Source: Minisyncoccota bacterium (lineage in GTDB: Bacteria > Patescibacteriota > Minisyncoccia > Phycocordibacterales > UBA1006). From it: a stretch of 64,000 nt of DNA. Positions within the stretch are counted from its first letter, which is position 1, and each line of letters starts with the position of its first letter. The DNA is taken from contig JAJOIF010000001.1 of assembly GCA_021209525.1 (NCBI GenBank), forward strand, positions 10,708 to 74,707. The letters are read 5' to 3'. Shown in pieces: positions 1-9,132 of this stretch. The notes beneath the pieces were generated by a model. The model ran no database searches and had not been told where the DNA came from. It saw only the letters and a list, made by a program, of their open reading frames with translations. The position numbers and the translations under genes were made by a program.

Positions 1-108
1 TGTATATACCAAGAAACCAATAATACTGAGCGAGAGTATAATGAGAGTAATAGGTAATGCTTTGTGGGAGAAAAAACGCTGTATCATAGAAAGTGCTTGT
101 GAATTTCA

Positions 109-2022
109 TTAAGGAATAATGACATAATCAATAAAACCTTTTTTGAGGTCGGTCGCATGTACTTTGATTTGTACATGATCGCCGATGCGGTATTCTTTTT
201 TCTTTTTCTTGCCACGGAGGACATAATTTTTTTCATCAAATTCAAAGAAATCACCAGGGACATCTTTGAGACGCACCATGCCGGTCGCCTGTGTTTCTTG
301 TTCAGTGACATACATATTGCGAGAATTCATACCAGAAATAGTGCCGGTGAAAATTTCTCCAATATGACGACTCATATACTCTACTTGCTTGTATGCAATA
401 GAATCCCATTCTGCATACTGTGCGTCTTTTTCGCGCTCTGAAGAACGACGCACCATGCGTTCATAGTGTTCAAAATCTGCGCGTGAGACCTCAGTGCCTT
501 CAAGGCACATTGTCAGGAGTCTGTGCACCATAACATCCGGGTAGCGTCTAATAGGTGAGGTAAAGTGTGTGTAGTATGCAAAACCAAGTCCATAGTGACC
601 AATGTTTTGTGTAGAATAAATAGCCTTTGCCATAGAGCGCACCACCGCTGTTTGAATTGCTGATTGTGTATCAGAGTCATCAACAACACGCAGGAGGGCA
701 TTGATTTCAGAAGAAGGGATGACGCCATTTTTGATAGGGAGGACATATCCGAGACCTTTCAAGAATGTGCGTAATTCTTGAGTTTTCTCCATGTCTGGTT
801 TATCGTGAATGCGGTATACAAAAATACTTTTTTGAGTACGCGCTGACATGAATTCTGCAACACGCTTGTTCGCAAGAAGCATAAATTCCTCGATAAGTTT
901 ATTCGTATCAATGCGCACCTTTTTTTGTACACGCAATGGCACACCATCATCATCAAGGATAAATTTAATTTCAGTACTTTCCATGCTGAGTGCACCTTCG
1001 CTCATTCTCTTGTCAGTCAAAATTTTTGCAAGGGTATTGAGTGTTACCAGTGCTTCAACATGCTCGCCTGCGCCCTTGTCGATAATTTCTTGAGCTTCTT
1101 CGTAGGTAAAGCGCTTGTCAGAATTAATGAGGGTGCGGCCAAACCAGTCACTTACCACATTGCCTTGGGGATCCATTTCAAAAACAGCGCTGTATGCAAG
1201 CTTTTCTTCGTGCGGGCGCAATGAACACAAATCATTTGAAATGATTTCAGGGAGCATTGGAATAGTGCGGTCAACGAGATATACCGACGTGGTACGATGT
1301 TGTGCTTCTTGCTCAAGAGCGGTTCCGGGACGTACATAGTATGAAACATCTGCAATGTGAATACCTATTTCATAATTACCATTGGGTAATACTTGAAAAG
1401 AGAGTGCATCGTCAAAGTCTTTGGCATCAGCTGGGTCAATAGTAAAAGTGAGAATGTCGCGAAAATCTCTACGTGCATCGCGCTCTGATTGGGGAATACC
1501 GCGTTCTTTCAAAAGCTCTGCTTCACGATCTGCTTCTGGCGAAAAACGATCGTCAAAGCCACGCTCGAGCGCGAGTGCAACCATTTCTGTTGCATTGTCG
1601 CCAAGAGGTCCCAAGATGCGATCAATATGACCGAGAGGTCCTTCTATTGACCAGCGATCAATAACCGCAATGATTTTTACATCAGGAGCGGGCACATCAG
1701 TCACTTCGGTGAAAGGAATAATAATTTCAGGATCGCGATTATCCGAAGGCTTGAGTTGATAATACGCGTCTTTTTTGTCGAGTGTTCCTGCAAAACCCAT
1801 TTTTGCACGACGAATAACTTCTTCGACGACACCGGTATTATCAGTGCGATTTTCAATGCGTACGCGTACTATGTCTTTGTTCAGGGCAGTATTGTGTTTG
1901 TGGAGAGGGACTTCTACAACGAGATCATATTCCTTGCTACGCACATACCCAATGCCATTCTTGCCCAGAGAAAATATACCTTCAAAGACGTCTGGGGTGG
2001 GTTGTTTTTGTGATGTATTCAT
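109..2022 (-). CDS. rnr: Ribonuclease R (RNB-family 3'-5' exoribonuclease)
   Basis: 637 aa with an N-terminal cold-shock/OB region, a central RNB catalytic domain (HIADVSYYV and DRTIPMLP-like motifs) and a C-terminal S1-like basic tail. Confidence 0.85.
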   Translation of the reverse strand: MNTSQKQPTPDVFEGIFSLGKNGIGYVRSKEYDLVVEVPLHKHNTALNKDIVRVRIENRTDNTGVVEEVIRRAKMGFAGTLDKKDAYYQLKPSDNRDPEIIIPFTEVTDVPAPDVKIIAVIDRWSIEGPLGHIDRILGPLGDNATEMVALALERGFDDRFSPEADREAELLKERGIPQSERDARRDFRDILTFTIDPADAKDFDDALSFQVLPNGNYEIGIHIADVSYYVRPGTALEQEAQHRTTSVYLVDRTIPMLPEIISNDLCSLRPHEEKLAYSAVFEMDPQGNVVSDWFGRTLINSDKRFTYEEAQEIIDKGAGEHVEALVTLNTLAKILTDKRMSEGALSMESTEIKFILDDDGVPLRVQKKVRIDTNKLIEEFMLLANKRVAEFMSARTQKSIFVYRIHDKPDMEKTQELRTFLKGLGYVLPIKNGVIPSSEINALLRVVDDSDTQSAIQTAVVRSMAKAIYSTQNIGHYGLGFAYYTHFTSPIRRYPDVMVHRLLTMCLEGTEVSRADFEHYERMVRRSSEREKDAQYAEWDSIAYKQVEYMSRHIGEIFTGTISGMNSRNMYVTEQETQATGMVRLKDVPGDFFEFDEKNYVLRGKKKKKEYRIGDHVQIKVHATDLKKGFIDYVIIP

Positions 2023-2064
2023 AGTATGTGCAGTATAGCATAAATATCAAAAAATGCTTTATTT

Positions 2065-4086
2065 TCAAGCGTCTGCTCGTTTTTGAGGAAAACGAATAGT
2101 AAAAGTCGTGCCAACATTCATTTCGCTGGCGACGGTTATCGTCCCATTGTGTTTTTTGATAGTATTTATGGCAATATAGAGACCTAATCCCGTTCCTTGT
2201 CCATGCTTGCTCGCGCGTTCTGATCGATAGAGTTTTTCAAAGATATTGTCTTGATCTGCCGGACTAATACCAATACCAGTATCGCTGATGCGTATACGAA
2301 TATCATCGCCATATGTGTCTAATGAGATTCGAATAGTGTTTTCTTGGTGGGGTTTTCCGTATTTGAGTGCATTATTTATGACATTAGCAATCGCTTCTTC
2401 TATTTCTTGAGGAGATCCATGAATACCTAGGCGGGGAGTAATGTCTTGGTGTATATGTGCGCGATATTCCGGTGCAATTTTTTTGAATTCACGAATGAGA
2501 TGGTCCATCATAATACTCAGATTGATTGCTTCATTGCGATGGTTTCGCGCCTGTGTATCTGCTTGTGTTGAGCGCAAGAGACGGTACATAAATGAAGATA
2601 TATTTTCAAGAGCTTGCTCGAAACTATGTATCCATGGCTGAGCACCCATGCGCTGCTTGATAAGCGCCACTTCCGTGCGTGCAATAGTGAGCGGTGTTTG
2701 CAAGTTGTGCGCAATATCAGTCATCACTTTGTTTTGTTGTTTATGTACAGATCGCACATAGGATCTGCGGTCGGTATGATATTTTTCTATACGACCCTCA
2801 AGGTGTTTGTTTTCTTGGGTAAGGGCATATTCGCGCATGAGGATACTCAAGTAATGCGCCGTAAAAGCAAAGTGGCGTAATTCAGCTTCGGTGTACAATC
2901 TGCGACCCTCTTTTGGTCCAATGAGTATATAGGTGATTTGTTCACCGTGCTCGCTATTGTAGAGCGGGTACATGTATGTATGTAGATGTTGTGTAAGATC
3001 GCGCTCTTCGACGATGCGAATAAATGATGCCTCAGTTTCTTGTTCAAGTAAATTGAGGATACGCGCTGTGATTTCTTGGGGATGTGCATGCTCTCGTCGC
3101 ATACTATCTACTTCTTCAAAAATATATGACAAAGAAAAATTACCTTGATTCAAGAAAGGAGAGAGACGCTTGCGCCACAAGCTTTCTGTATATCCAACAA
3201 TGAGTATACTTACGAGTATGAGTGTGCTCAGATGTATGATTTCATGAGTATTGCGCAATGTCTCGGGCGCAATATATACGAGTAGCGTATATATCAAAAT
3301 ACCTCCAGCGCTTCCATAGGATACAAAGCTTGCAATATACATACCTGCGCGCCTTTTTGTTTCTGCGATTTCGATAATATGATTACGGAGTATAAAATAC
3401 ACAATACCCACAACAAGAACACCTGATATGACTGGAATACTGATCCAAAAATAAGCAAGCGATGTGTGCATAAATGCATAGGTGAGTATGCCATGCATTA
3501 CTGTGTATGTAATCATAAAGAAGGTAAAAAAAGTTAGTCTTCGTTGCTTGATATGTTCTTTGTTGTTTTTGTAGATGAGTATCTTGTGTATAAAAAAATA
3601 ACATCCACCACCAGTACCAACTACAAAAAGTATGCTATGCACCAAAATTGTTTGAAGCAGGGTAAGGATGTTTTGAGTATGTAAGATTAGGGTAAGAATG
3701 CTTGCACATGTGTACAGTATGAGGAATATTTGAGTAGACATGCTATCTCTGTATGATTTTTCAAATGCCGCTGCTACATAGATACATGCAATGAGCATGC
3801 TCGCAGTACCTACATACATATACGTACCCCCAAGGCCGCTCTTGCCAAAGATTTGATATTCAAGTACCCCCATAAGGAATATAATATTTCCTAAAAAGAG
3901 CAAAGACAGGCTCTGGTTTTTTGCATTGCGTATACGATGCGCCCACAAAGAAGCGCTCAGTACCATAGAGGCAATGATCATTACCCAAAATATGCTATGG
4001 ATAATAATGATATTGTGCATATGTATAGTATACATTATTAAAAATAAAGAAAAAATAAAAATATTTTGATCAAAAAAGCCTCTCAC
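2065..4086 (-). CDS. Membrane sensor histidine kinase
   Basis: About 10 N-terminal TM helices, an H-box region (HNLQTPLT) and a C-terminal HATPase_c (GTGLGLYIAINTIKKHNGTITVASEMNVGTTFTIRFP). The true start may be an internal Met. Confidence 0.8.
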   Translation of the reverse strand: MRGFFDQNIFIFSLFLIMYTIHMHNIIIIHSIFWVMIIASMVLSASLWAHRIRNAKNQSLSLLFLGNIIFLMGVLEYQIFGKSGLGGTYMYVGTASMLIACIYVAAAFEKSYRDSMSTQIFLILYTCASILTLILHTQNILTLLQTILVHSILFVVGTGGGCYFFIHKILIYKNNKEHIKQRRLTFFTFFMITYTVMHGILTYAFMHTSLAYFWISIPVISGVLVVGIVYFILRNHIIEIAETKRRAGMYIASFVSYGSAGGILIYTLLVYIAPETLRNTHEIIHLSTLILVSILIVGYTESLWRKRLSPFLNQGNFSLSYIFEEVDSMRREHAHPQEITARILNLLEQETEASFIRIVEERDLTQHLHTYMYPLYNSEHGEQITYILIGPKEGRRLYTEAELRHFAFTAHYLSILMREYALTQENKHLEGRIEKYHTDRRSYVRSVHKQQNKVMTDIAHNLQTPLTIARTEVALIKQRMGAQPWIHSFEQALENISSFMYRLLRSTQADTQARNHRNEAINLSIMMDHLIREFKKIAPEYRAHIHQDITPRLGIHGSPQEIEEAIANVINNALKYGKPHQENTIRISLDTYGDDIRIRISDTGIGISPADQDNIFEKLYRSERASKHGQGTGLGLYIAINTIKKHNGTITVASEMNVGTTFTIRFPQKRADA

Positions 4087-4404
4087 TGAGCAAAATCGCT
4101 ATGGGCTTTGTAGCAAAAGCTATCAGGGAAGGTGAGATAATAAGGGAGTTGACAAATCCGCAGATAATATGTAAAACGCTTGACAAATTATATAAAAAAT
4201 GCTAACATAGACGAAGTCCTTGCAATAAGGGCATTTTTATTTGGATTGAAGATGTTGCGGTCATCTCCGTATGGAACGACCATCACAACGCTTTGATTCA
4301 AGAGGGGGTTCGCTTATTATGGTGTGATCATCGACCACATCTAAAGAATTCCTTATTTGTCTCAGTATTTTTATTTCCGTGACAGGCTGAGAAAAATAGT
4401 TATC

Positions 4405-4995
4405 ATGAAATCAATACAACTTATACTCAAGTCTGTACTTATGAGTACCTCATTTGTCATCTTTTTGACTACAATGAGCCTGATGAGCTACAGCATCACG
4501 ACGCGTGCATATGCTCCTGATATGGATATCATCGAAGTCATTGATCCTTATGGAAAAATGGTTGATGGCATGACTCAGCGAGAACGTGCTGCAAAGATCG
4601 ACGCCTATTTTGCGCAATGGAATCTTCCGCTTGCAGGGTATGGTATGACCTTTGTGCAAGCCGCAGACCAATATGAACATATTGACTGGCGCTTGCTCGC
4701 GGCGATTGGTATGCGCGAATCTACAGGATGTAAATTTGCCTTTGCTCAGAACAATTGTTTTGGATGGGGGCGCCGCGTAACCTTTTCATCAAAAGAAGAA
4801 GCTATTTATCGTATCACGGCTCACCTTGCAGGAGAAATCCCTTCAACAGCCTATTACTATGCAGGCAAAGATACTCAAGGTATTTTACGTCGATACAATT
4901 CTGTGATCCCTACGTATACAAAAGAAATTTTTACGATTATGGATCGCATTGAAAATATGCCAGTAGAGCAATCTCGATTTTTGGCAGCCCAATAA
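4405..4995 (+). CDS. Secreted/membrane-anchored putative cell-wall hydrolase (glucosaminidase/FlgJ-like domain)
   Basis: N-terminal TM/signal segment. The motif AAIGMRESTG...NNCFGWG resembles the mannosyl-glycoprotein endo-beta-N-acetylglucosaminidase family. The start was moved to the ATG at 4405. Confidence 0.4.
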   Translation: MKSIQLILKSVLMSTSFVIFLTTMSLMSYSITTRAYAPDMDIIEVIDPYGKMVDGMTQRERAAKIDAYFAQWNLPLAGYGMTFVQAADQYEHIDWRLLAAIGMRESTGCKFAFAQNNCFGWGRRVTFSSKEEAIYRITAHLAGEIPSTAYYYAGKDTQGILRRYNSVIPTYTKEIFTIMDRIENMPVEQSRFLAAQ

Positions 4996-5056
4996 TAACT
5001 TTTTACAAAAACCGTGCCGTGCGCATGGTTTTTGTGTATGTGGTATACTCATTCAT

Positions 5057-6148
5057 ATGCATGATGAGCACGATATTATTCTCATAGATAAACCCAAGGG
5101 TATCACTTCGTTTGATGTTATTCGTCAATTACGCAAAAAATTACAGATACGCAAAATGGGGCATGCAGGCACCCTTGACCCGCTCGCAAGCGGGCTCATG
5201 ATTATTGGTGTAGAAAGTGGCACAAAAAAACTTGATACATATTTACAATTACCCAAGGTCTACTATGCAGAAATATTACTCGGCAAGAAAAGTGATTCAG
5301 GCGACCTTGATGGCACCATTATAGAGCGCACCCCTGTGCGAGAACCATTACATGACCGTGATATAGAACAGGCTCTTGATCAATTGCGTGGCACACATAC
5401 CTATAGCGTACCTGTGTATTCTGCAATCAAAGTAGACGGCAAGCCGCTCTACTGGTATGCACGCAAAGGCATAACACCGCCGCGTATTCCTGTCAAAGAG
5501 ATGACTGTGACCGAAGTGTCGCTTCTTGATAGTTATGCGTCAGATGCGTATTGGATAATCAAGGTGCGTTTTGCAGTTTCTCGTGGTACGTACATTCGTG
5601 TCCTTGCCGAAGCCGTAGGTGCAGCACTTGGTTATCCCGCACTCCTTGCAAATTTGCGCCGTACGCAGATTGGTCCGTATAATATTGCTCATGCTCAACA
5701 TATTGAAGAAATATGGTATACTCAAGATATTACTCGTATAAGCAATACACATCATATGATACATACACAATGGGAAAACTTGACCATCAATATCAAAGCA
5801 ACTGATATTGAATTGACCGACCCTATTCGCGACTATATTGAAAACAAAGTAACGCGTTTGGGTAAATTCTTGCAATCACAAGGAGGAGATATTTTTGTCT
5901 ATTTTGAAATTGCAGAAACAGCACATCGCAACAATGAAGAAACCTATCGCGCAGACTGCAAAGTCGTATTGCGCGGCAAGGATTTCTATGCGAGCGCTAC
6001 GGGACCTGATTACATGAAAGCAATTGACGAAGTAAAAGAAAAACTCTACCACACGATTCATCAATCAAAAGGCAAAGAAGCGTCACTCTTTTTGAAGGGA
6101 GCGCGTGCGCTTAAAAAATTATTCCGTTTCAATAATCAAGACTCATAA
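5057..6148 (+). CDS. truB: tRNA pseudouridine(55) synthase TruB catalytic domain fused in frame to a ribosome hibernation promoting factor (HPF/RaiA, short form)
   Basis: Residues 1-230 carry the TruB motifs LIDKPKGITSFDVI and GHAGTLDPLASGLMIIG and lack a PUA domain. Residues ~245-363 (LTINIKATDIELTDPIRDYIENKV...YRADCKVVLRGKDFYASATGPDYMKAIDEV) align with YfiA/HPF. There is no stop codon between the two parts. Confidence 0.75.
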   Translation: MHDEHDIILIDKPKGITSFDVIRQLRKKLQIRKMGHAGTLDPLASGLMIIGVESGTKKLDTYLQLPKVYYAEILLGKKSDSGDLDGTIIERTPVREPLHDRDIEQALDQLRGTHTYSVPVYSAIKVDGKPLYWYARKGITPPRIPVKEMTVTEVSLLDSYASDAYWIIKVRFAVSRGTYIRVLAEAVGAALGYPALLANLRRTQIGPYNIAHAQHIEEIWYTQDITRISNTHHMIHTQWENLTINIKATDIELTDPIRDYIENKVTRLGKFLQSQGGDIFVYFEIAETAHRNNEETYRADCKVVLRGKDFYASATGPDYMKAIDEVKEKLYHTIHQSKGKEASLFLKGARALKKLFRFNNQDS

Positions 6149-6149
6149 T

Positions 6150-6803
6150 ATGCACATGAATATGCGACAACTCGCGATGCGTGCACTCATCATTCTCGCT
6201 TTGGTGGGGCTCCTCTTGCTCCTTTCATGGGCAAGTAAACAAGAACGCGCACCGCGAAACACTACGAATCAACCATTAATTACCGATAGCTCATCATTTG
6301 ATCTCACCAATATGCATACACAAAAACTTACCCTACAAACTACTCTCGGACCTATTACCTTGGAACTCTTTTCTGAATTAGCACCTCAAACAGTGAATAA
6401 CTTTGTCACTCTCGCAGAGAGCGGTTTTTATGATGGTGTTGTCTTTCACCGTGTTATTGAAAATTTCATGATTCAATCAGGTGATCCTCAATCAAAAGAA
6501 GAATCATTGCGTATGCAATGGGGAACAGGGGGTCCAGGATATACATTTGAAGACGAAATTCATGCACAAAATCGCAATGTTGTAGGAACTATTGCTATGG
6601 CAAATGCTGGACCTAATACCAATGGTTCACAATTCTTTATCAATGTTGCGGATAATAGTTTCCTCGACACCAAGCACACTGTCTTTGGTCGTGTTATTGA
6701 AGGTATGGATGTTGTTATGGCGATTTCTCAAGTAGAAACACTTCCTAATGATCAGCCTATTGATTCTGTAGTCATTACTCAGATTACTGCTGTGGTGGAA
6801 TAA
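6150..6803 (+). CDS. Peptidyl-prolyl cis-trans isomerase, cyclophilin type, membrane-anchored
   Basis: N-terminal TM helix followed by the cyclophilin motifs FHRVIENFMIQSGDP, GGPGYTFEDE and NGSQFFI. The start was trimmed to the ATG at 6150 so that it no longer overlaps truB-hpf. Confidence 0.85.
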   Translation: MHMNMRQLAMRALIILALVGLLLLLSWASKQERAPRNTTNQPLITDSSSFDLTNMHTQKLTLQTTLGPITLELFSELAPQTVNNFVTLAESGFYDGVVFHRVIENFMIQSGDPQSKEESLRMQWGTGGPGYTFEDEIHAQNRNVVGTIAMANAGPNTNGSQFFINVADNSFLDTKHTVFGRVIEGMDVVMAISQVETLPNDQPIDSVVITQITAVVE

Positions 6804-6814
6804 TATCACCGTAC

Positions 6815-6841
6815 ACAAAAAACCGCTTGTGCGGTTTTTTG
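6815..6841. terminator. Bidirectional rho-independent terminator between the cyclophilin gene and ruvA
   Basis: AAAAAACCGC-TTGT-GCGGTTTTTT hairpin with A/T tracts on both sides. Confidence 0.6.
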
Positions 6842-6848
6842 TTGCTCA

Positions 6849-7421
6849 TTATGGGCGCATAGCACCGAGCGCTCTTTTGATGCGTTCTTGGGTGCTCGTA
6901 ATGTCTTGGGGGATATCTTTGAGTGCATCTCGTGATTGCTGGAGCGAATAGCCGAGTGCTTGGAGTGCTTCGACGACTTCATTGTCTTGGTGCATGGCGG
7001 CGCCATAGCGATCGTCTTTGAATGTCGTCATCTTGTCTCGTAATTCTACAATAATTTTTTCTGCAGTACGCTTGCCAATACCTGAGACTTTAGTGAGATA
7101 AGAAATATCATCATGCGCAATTGCTTTTTGAAGTGTTTCCAAAGATGCAATATCAATAATACCGAGAGCTGATCGTGGTCCAATACCTGACACACCGAGC
7201 AACATTTCAAAAAATACAAGGTACTGCATATCTTGAAAACCAAAGAGCTCCATAGAGGTTTCGCGTACCGCCAAATGAGTCCAGAGAGCAGCGTCTTGCC
7301 CTTCGGCGAGCGTCATGAGAATACCCTGAGGAACAAAGATTTCATAACCAGTACCATGTACATCAAGGATGACTGATTTGTCTGTGCGCGCATATATGGT
7401 TCCGCGGAGGTGTCGTATCAT
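6849..7421 (-). CDS. ruvA: Holliday junction DNA helicase subunit RuvA
   Basis: 190 aa. The N-terminal MIRHLRGTI...VILDVHGTGYEIFVP and the HhH motifs are typical of RuvA. Confidence 0.85.
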   Translation of the reverse strand: MIRHLRGTIYARTDKSVILDVHGTGYEIFVPQGILMTLAEGQDAALWTHLAVRETSMELFGFQDMQYLVFFEMLLGVSGIGPRSALGIIDIASLETLQKAIAHDDISYLTKVSGIGKRTAEKIIVELRDKMTTFKDDRYGAAMHQDNEVVEALQALGYSLQQSRDALKDIPQDITSTQERIKRALGAMRP

Positions 7422-7621
7422 AGGTCTTTAGTATACGGCAGGAAAGGGAACTATACAAGGTGTCATGTTATTATTCTCAATACTCTGACGCCTTGCATTG
7501 AGCGAGGACTGCACCCCGGGCAGGGTCCAGAGGTGGTTCATTGGGGTAAGGAATATACTGTAGATACTCTATGATGCAAAATACTTGCTTTTTTGTGATA
7601 TTTGCTATTATTACCCGTGTT

Positions 7622-7888
7622 ATGCCAAATATCAAAGCAGCAAAAAAATCAGTACGCTCTGACGAACGAAAACGAATCTTTAATGATCGTCGCCGTCGTG
7701 CTATGCGTCAAACCGTAAAGCGTTTTGTTGAGCTCGTTGCTCAAAAGAATGCAGCTGAAGCAAAGGCTATGGTTCCAGAACTCTATGCGAACATAGACAA
7801 AGCAGTCAAGCGCGGTGTGATCAAAGCAAACACTGGAGCACGCAAAAAATCACGACTTATTGCAACACTTAAAAAAGTAGAAGCATAA
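7622..7888 (+). CDS. rpsT: 30S ribosomal protein S20
   Basis: MPNIKAAKKSVRSDERKRIFNDRRR... matches the S20 N-terminus. The start was moved to the internal ATG at 7622. Confidence 0.85.
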   Translation: MPNIKAAKKSVRSDERKRIFNDRRRRAMRQTVKRFVELVAQKNAAEAKAMVPELYANIDKAVKRGVIKANTGARKKSRLIATLKKVEA

Positions 7889-7945
7889 GTATACACAGAC
7901 ACACCTTCTACGGTGTGTTTTTGTATGGTATACTGATATCTATCT

Positions 7946-8692
7946 ATGGAAGATATTCCAACACTTATGGATGCTGTAGGATTGCTCGGTCAATTGTCGT
8001 ATTGGGGTATTTTTGGACTGTCTCTTTTGGCGAATATCTTGATTCCTGTACCCGAAGAAGTATTCTTGCTCGCTCTTGGATATATTTCAGGAGGCGATGC
8101 ACCTGCAGTGAATCCATACCTGACGACCTTGATTGTGATTCCAGGACTTTTGATCAGCGACCTATTTCTCTATAGTCTTGCCCGTTCAGGGAACAAGTAT
8201 ATTGCGATTCTTGAAAAGAAACTGCAGAACTTTAAATTTACGCGCGATCGTGAATTTGTAGAAAAACATATCATCAAGATTATCGTCATCTCACGATTCA
8301 TTGTGCAATTTCGTTTTATGGGTCCTGTTCTTGCGGGGACGACCAATATTTCACGCGCCCGTTTTTTGGCGTGGGATGCATTCGCGCTCTTTATTTATGT
8401 GCCGATGATGATTGGTATTGGGAATTATTTCCATGCGCGTATATCTCAAGTAATTCAAGGTATTGCTTTGGTCAAGAATTACATTCTTATTGCTGTGAGT
8501 GTGATGATTTTTGTGTGGCTGGCACGAAAGATTCGCGCACTTTTCTTTGCGCGCTTTATTTTTGCATTGTCACAACCGCGCGGATATGTAGACACTATGA
8601 TTCCTGGACTCAAAAAACGAGTATATTCTGAATGGCAAGAAGTATGTCCTCCAGACCAAGATCAAGAGCTGTCTACAGACGAGATAAGGTAG
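7946..8692 (+). CDS. DedA/SNARE-associated family membrane protein
   Basis: Multi-TM protein with a DedA-like VPEEVFLLALGY motif. Confidence 0.55.
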   Translation: MEDIPTLMDAVGLLGQLSYWGIFGLSLLANILIPVPEEVFLLALGYISGGDAPAVNPYLTTLIVIPGLLISDLFLYSLARSGNKYIAILEKKLQNFKFTRDREFVEKHIIKIIVISRFIVQFRFMGPVLAGTTNISRARFLAWDAFALFIYVPMMIGIGNYFHARISQVIQGIALVKNYILIAVSVMIFVWLARKIRALFFARFIFALSQPRGYVDTMIPGLKKRVYSEWQEVCPPDQDQELSTDEIR

Positions 8693-8731
8693 ACCCTTGT
8701 TTTTATAAAAAATAGCTATTATATATACATC

Positions 8732-8806
8732 GATCCCGTAGTTTAATGGATAGAACATCAGCTTGCGGAGCTGACGATGCAAGTTCGATTCTTGCCGGGA
8801 TCACCA
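8732..8806 (+). tRNA. tRNA-Arg (anticodon GCG by hand folding), CCA encoded
   Basis: Cloverleaf GATCCCG/CGGGATC acceptor stem, TTCGATT T-loop and TTGCGGA anticodon loop. The anticodon assignment is less certain than the tRNA call itself. Confidence 0.7.
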
Positions 8807-8846
8807 AAGAGAGAGCTAGTTCGAGCACTCGAGAAGGGTCGAATAG

Positions 8847-8886
8847 CAACTAAAAAGCAGGTTAGTAATAACTTGCTTTTTAGTTG
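8847..8886. terminator. Strong hairpin immediately 3' of tRNA-Arg
   Basis: CAACTAAAAAGCAG / CTTGCTTTTTAGTTG forms a 13-bp stem. It lies at the left edge of the AT-rich island. Confidence 0.5.
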
Positions 8887-8906
8887 TAGTTTAATACAAC
8901 GATCTG

Positions 8907-8915
8907 TGCTATAAT
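8907..8915 (+). promoter_or_regulatory. Extended -10 element (TGCTATAAT) driving the HTH-hsdM operon, probably producing a leaderless transcript
   Basis: TGnTATAAT ends 6 nt before the GTG start codon at 8922. Confidence 0.4.
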
Positions 8916-8921
8916 ATATCT

Positions 8922-9128
8922 GTGAAAGACGAATCAAAAAAACTGGGTGAAAATCTCAGAAAAATCAGAACAAAAAAAGACATTACTCAAACAGGTCTTG
9001 CAGAGGCGTTGGGGGTTGATAAGTCTTTTATAAGTAATATAGAAAATGGAAAAACAAATCCAACTCTTTCAACCATTACTAGTATAGCCAAAGCTCTTGG
9101 TGTGTCATCTAATGAATTACTAAAATAA
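8922..9128 (+). CDS. XRE-family HTH transcriptional regulator (possible controller protein of the R-M operon)
   Basis: 68 aa containing TQTGLAEALGVDKSFISNIENGKTNPTLSTITSIAKALGV, a classic Cro/C1 HTH. Confidence 0.75.
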   Translation: MKDESKKLGENLRKIRTKKDITQTGLAEALGVDKSFISNIENGKTNPTLSTITSIAKALGVSSNELLK

Positions 9129-9132
9129 CTTT

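Noticed and set aside
7430-7570. GC-rich structured segment between ruvA and rpsT (GACTGCACCCCGGGCAGGGTCC), considered as an sRNA
   Set aside because: It is a single imperfect hairpin only, more likely the rpsT promoter and leader or the ruvA terminator region. I could not support more.
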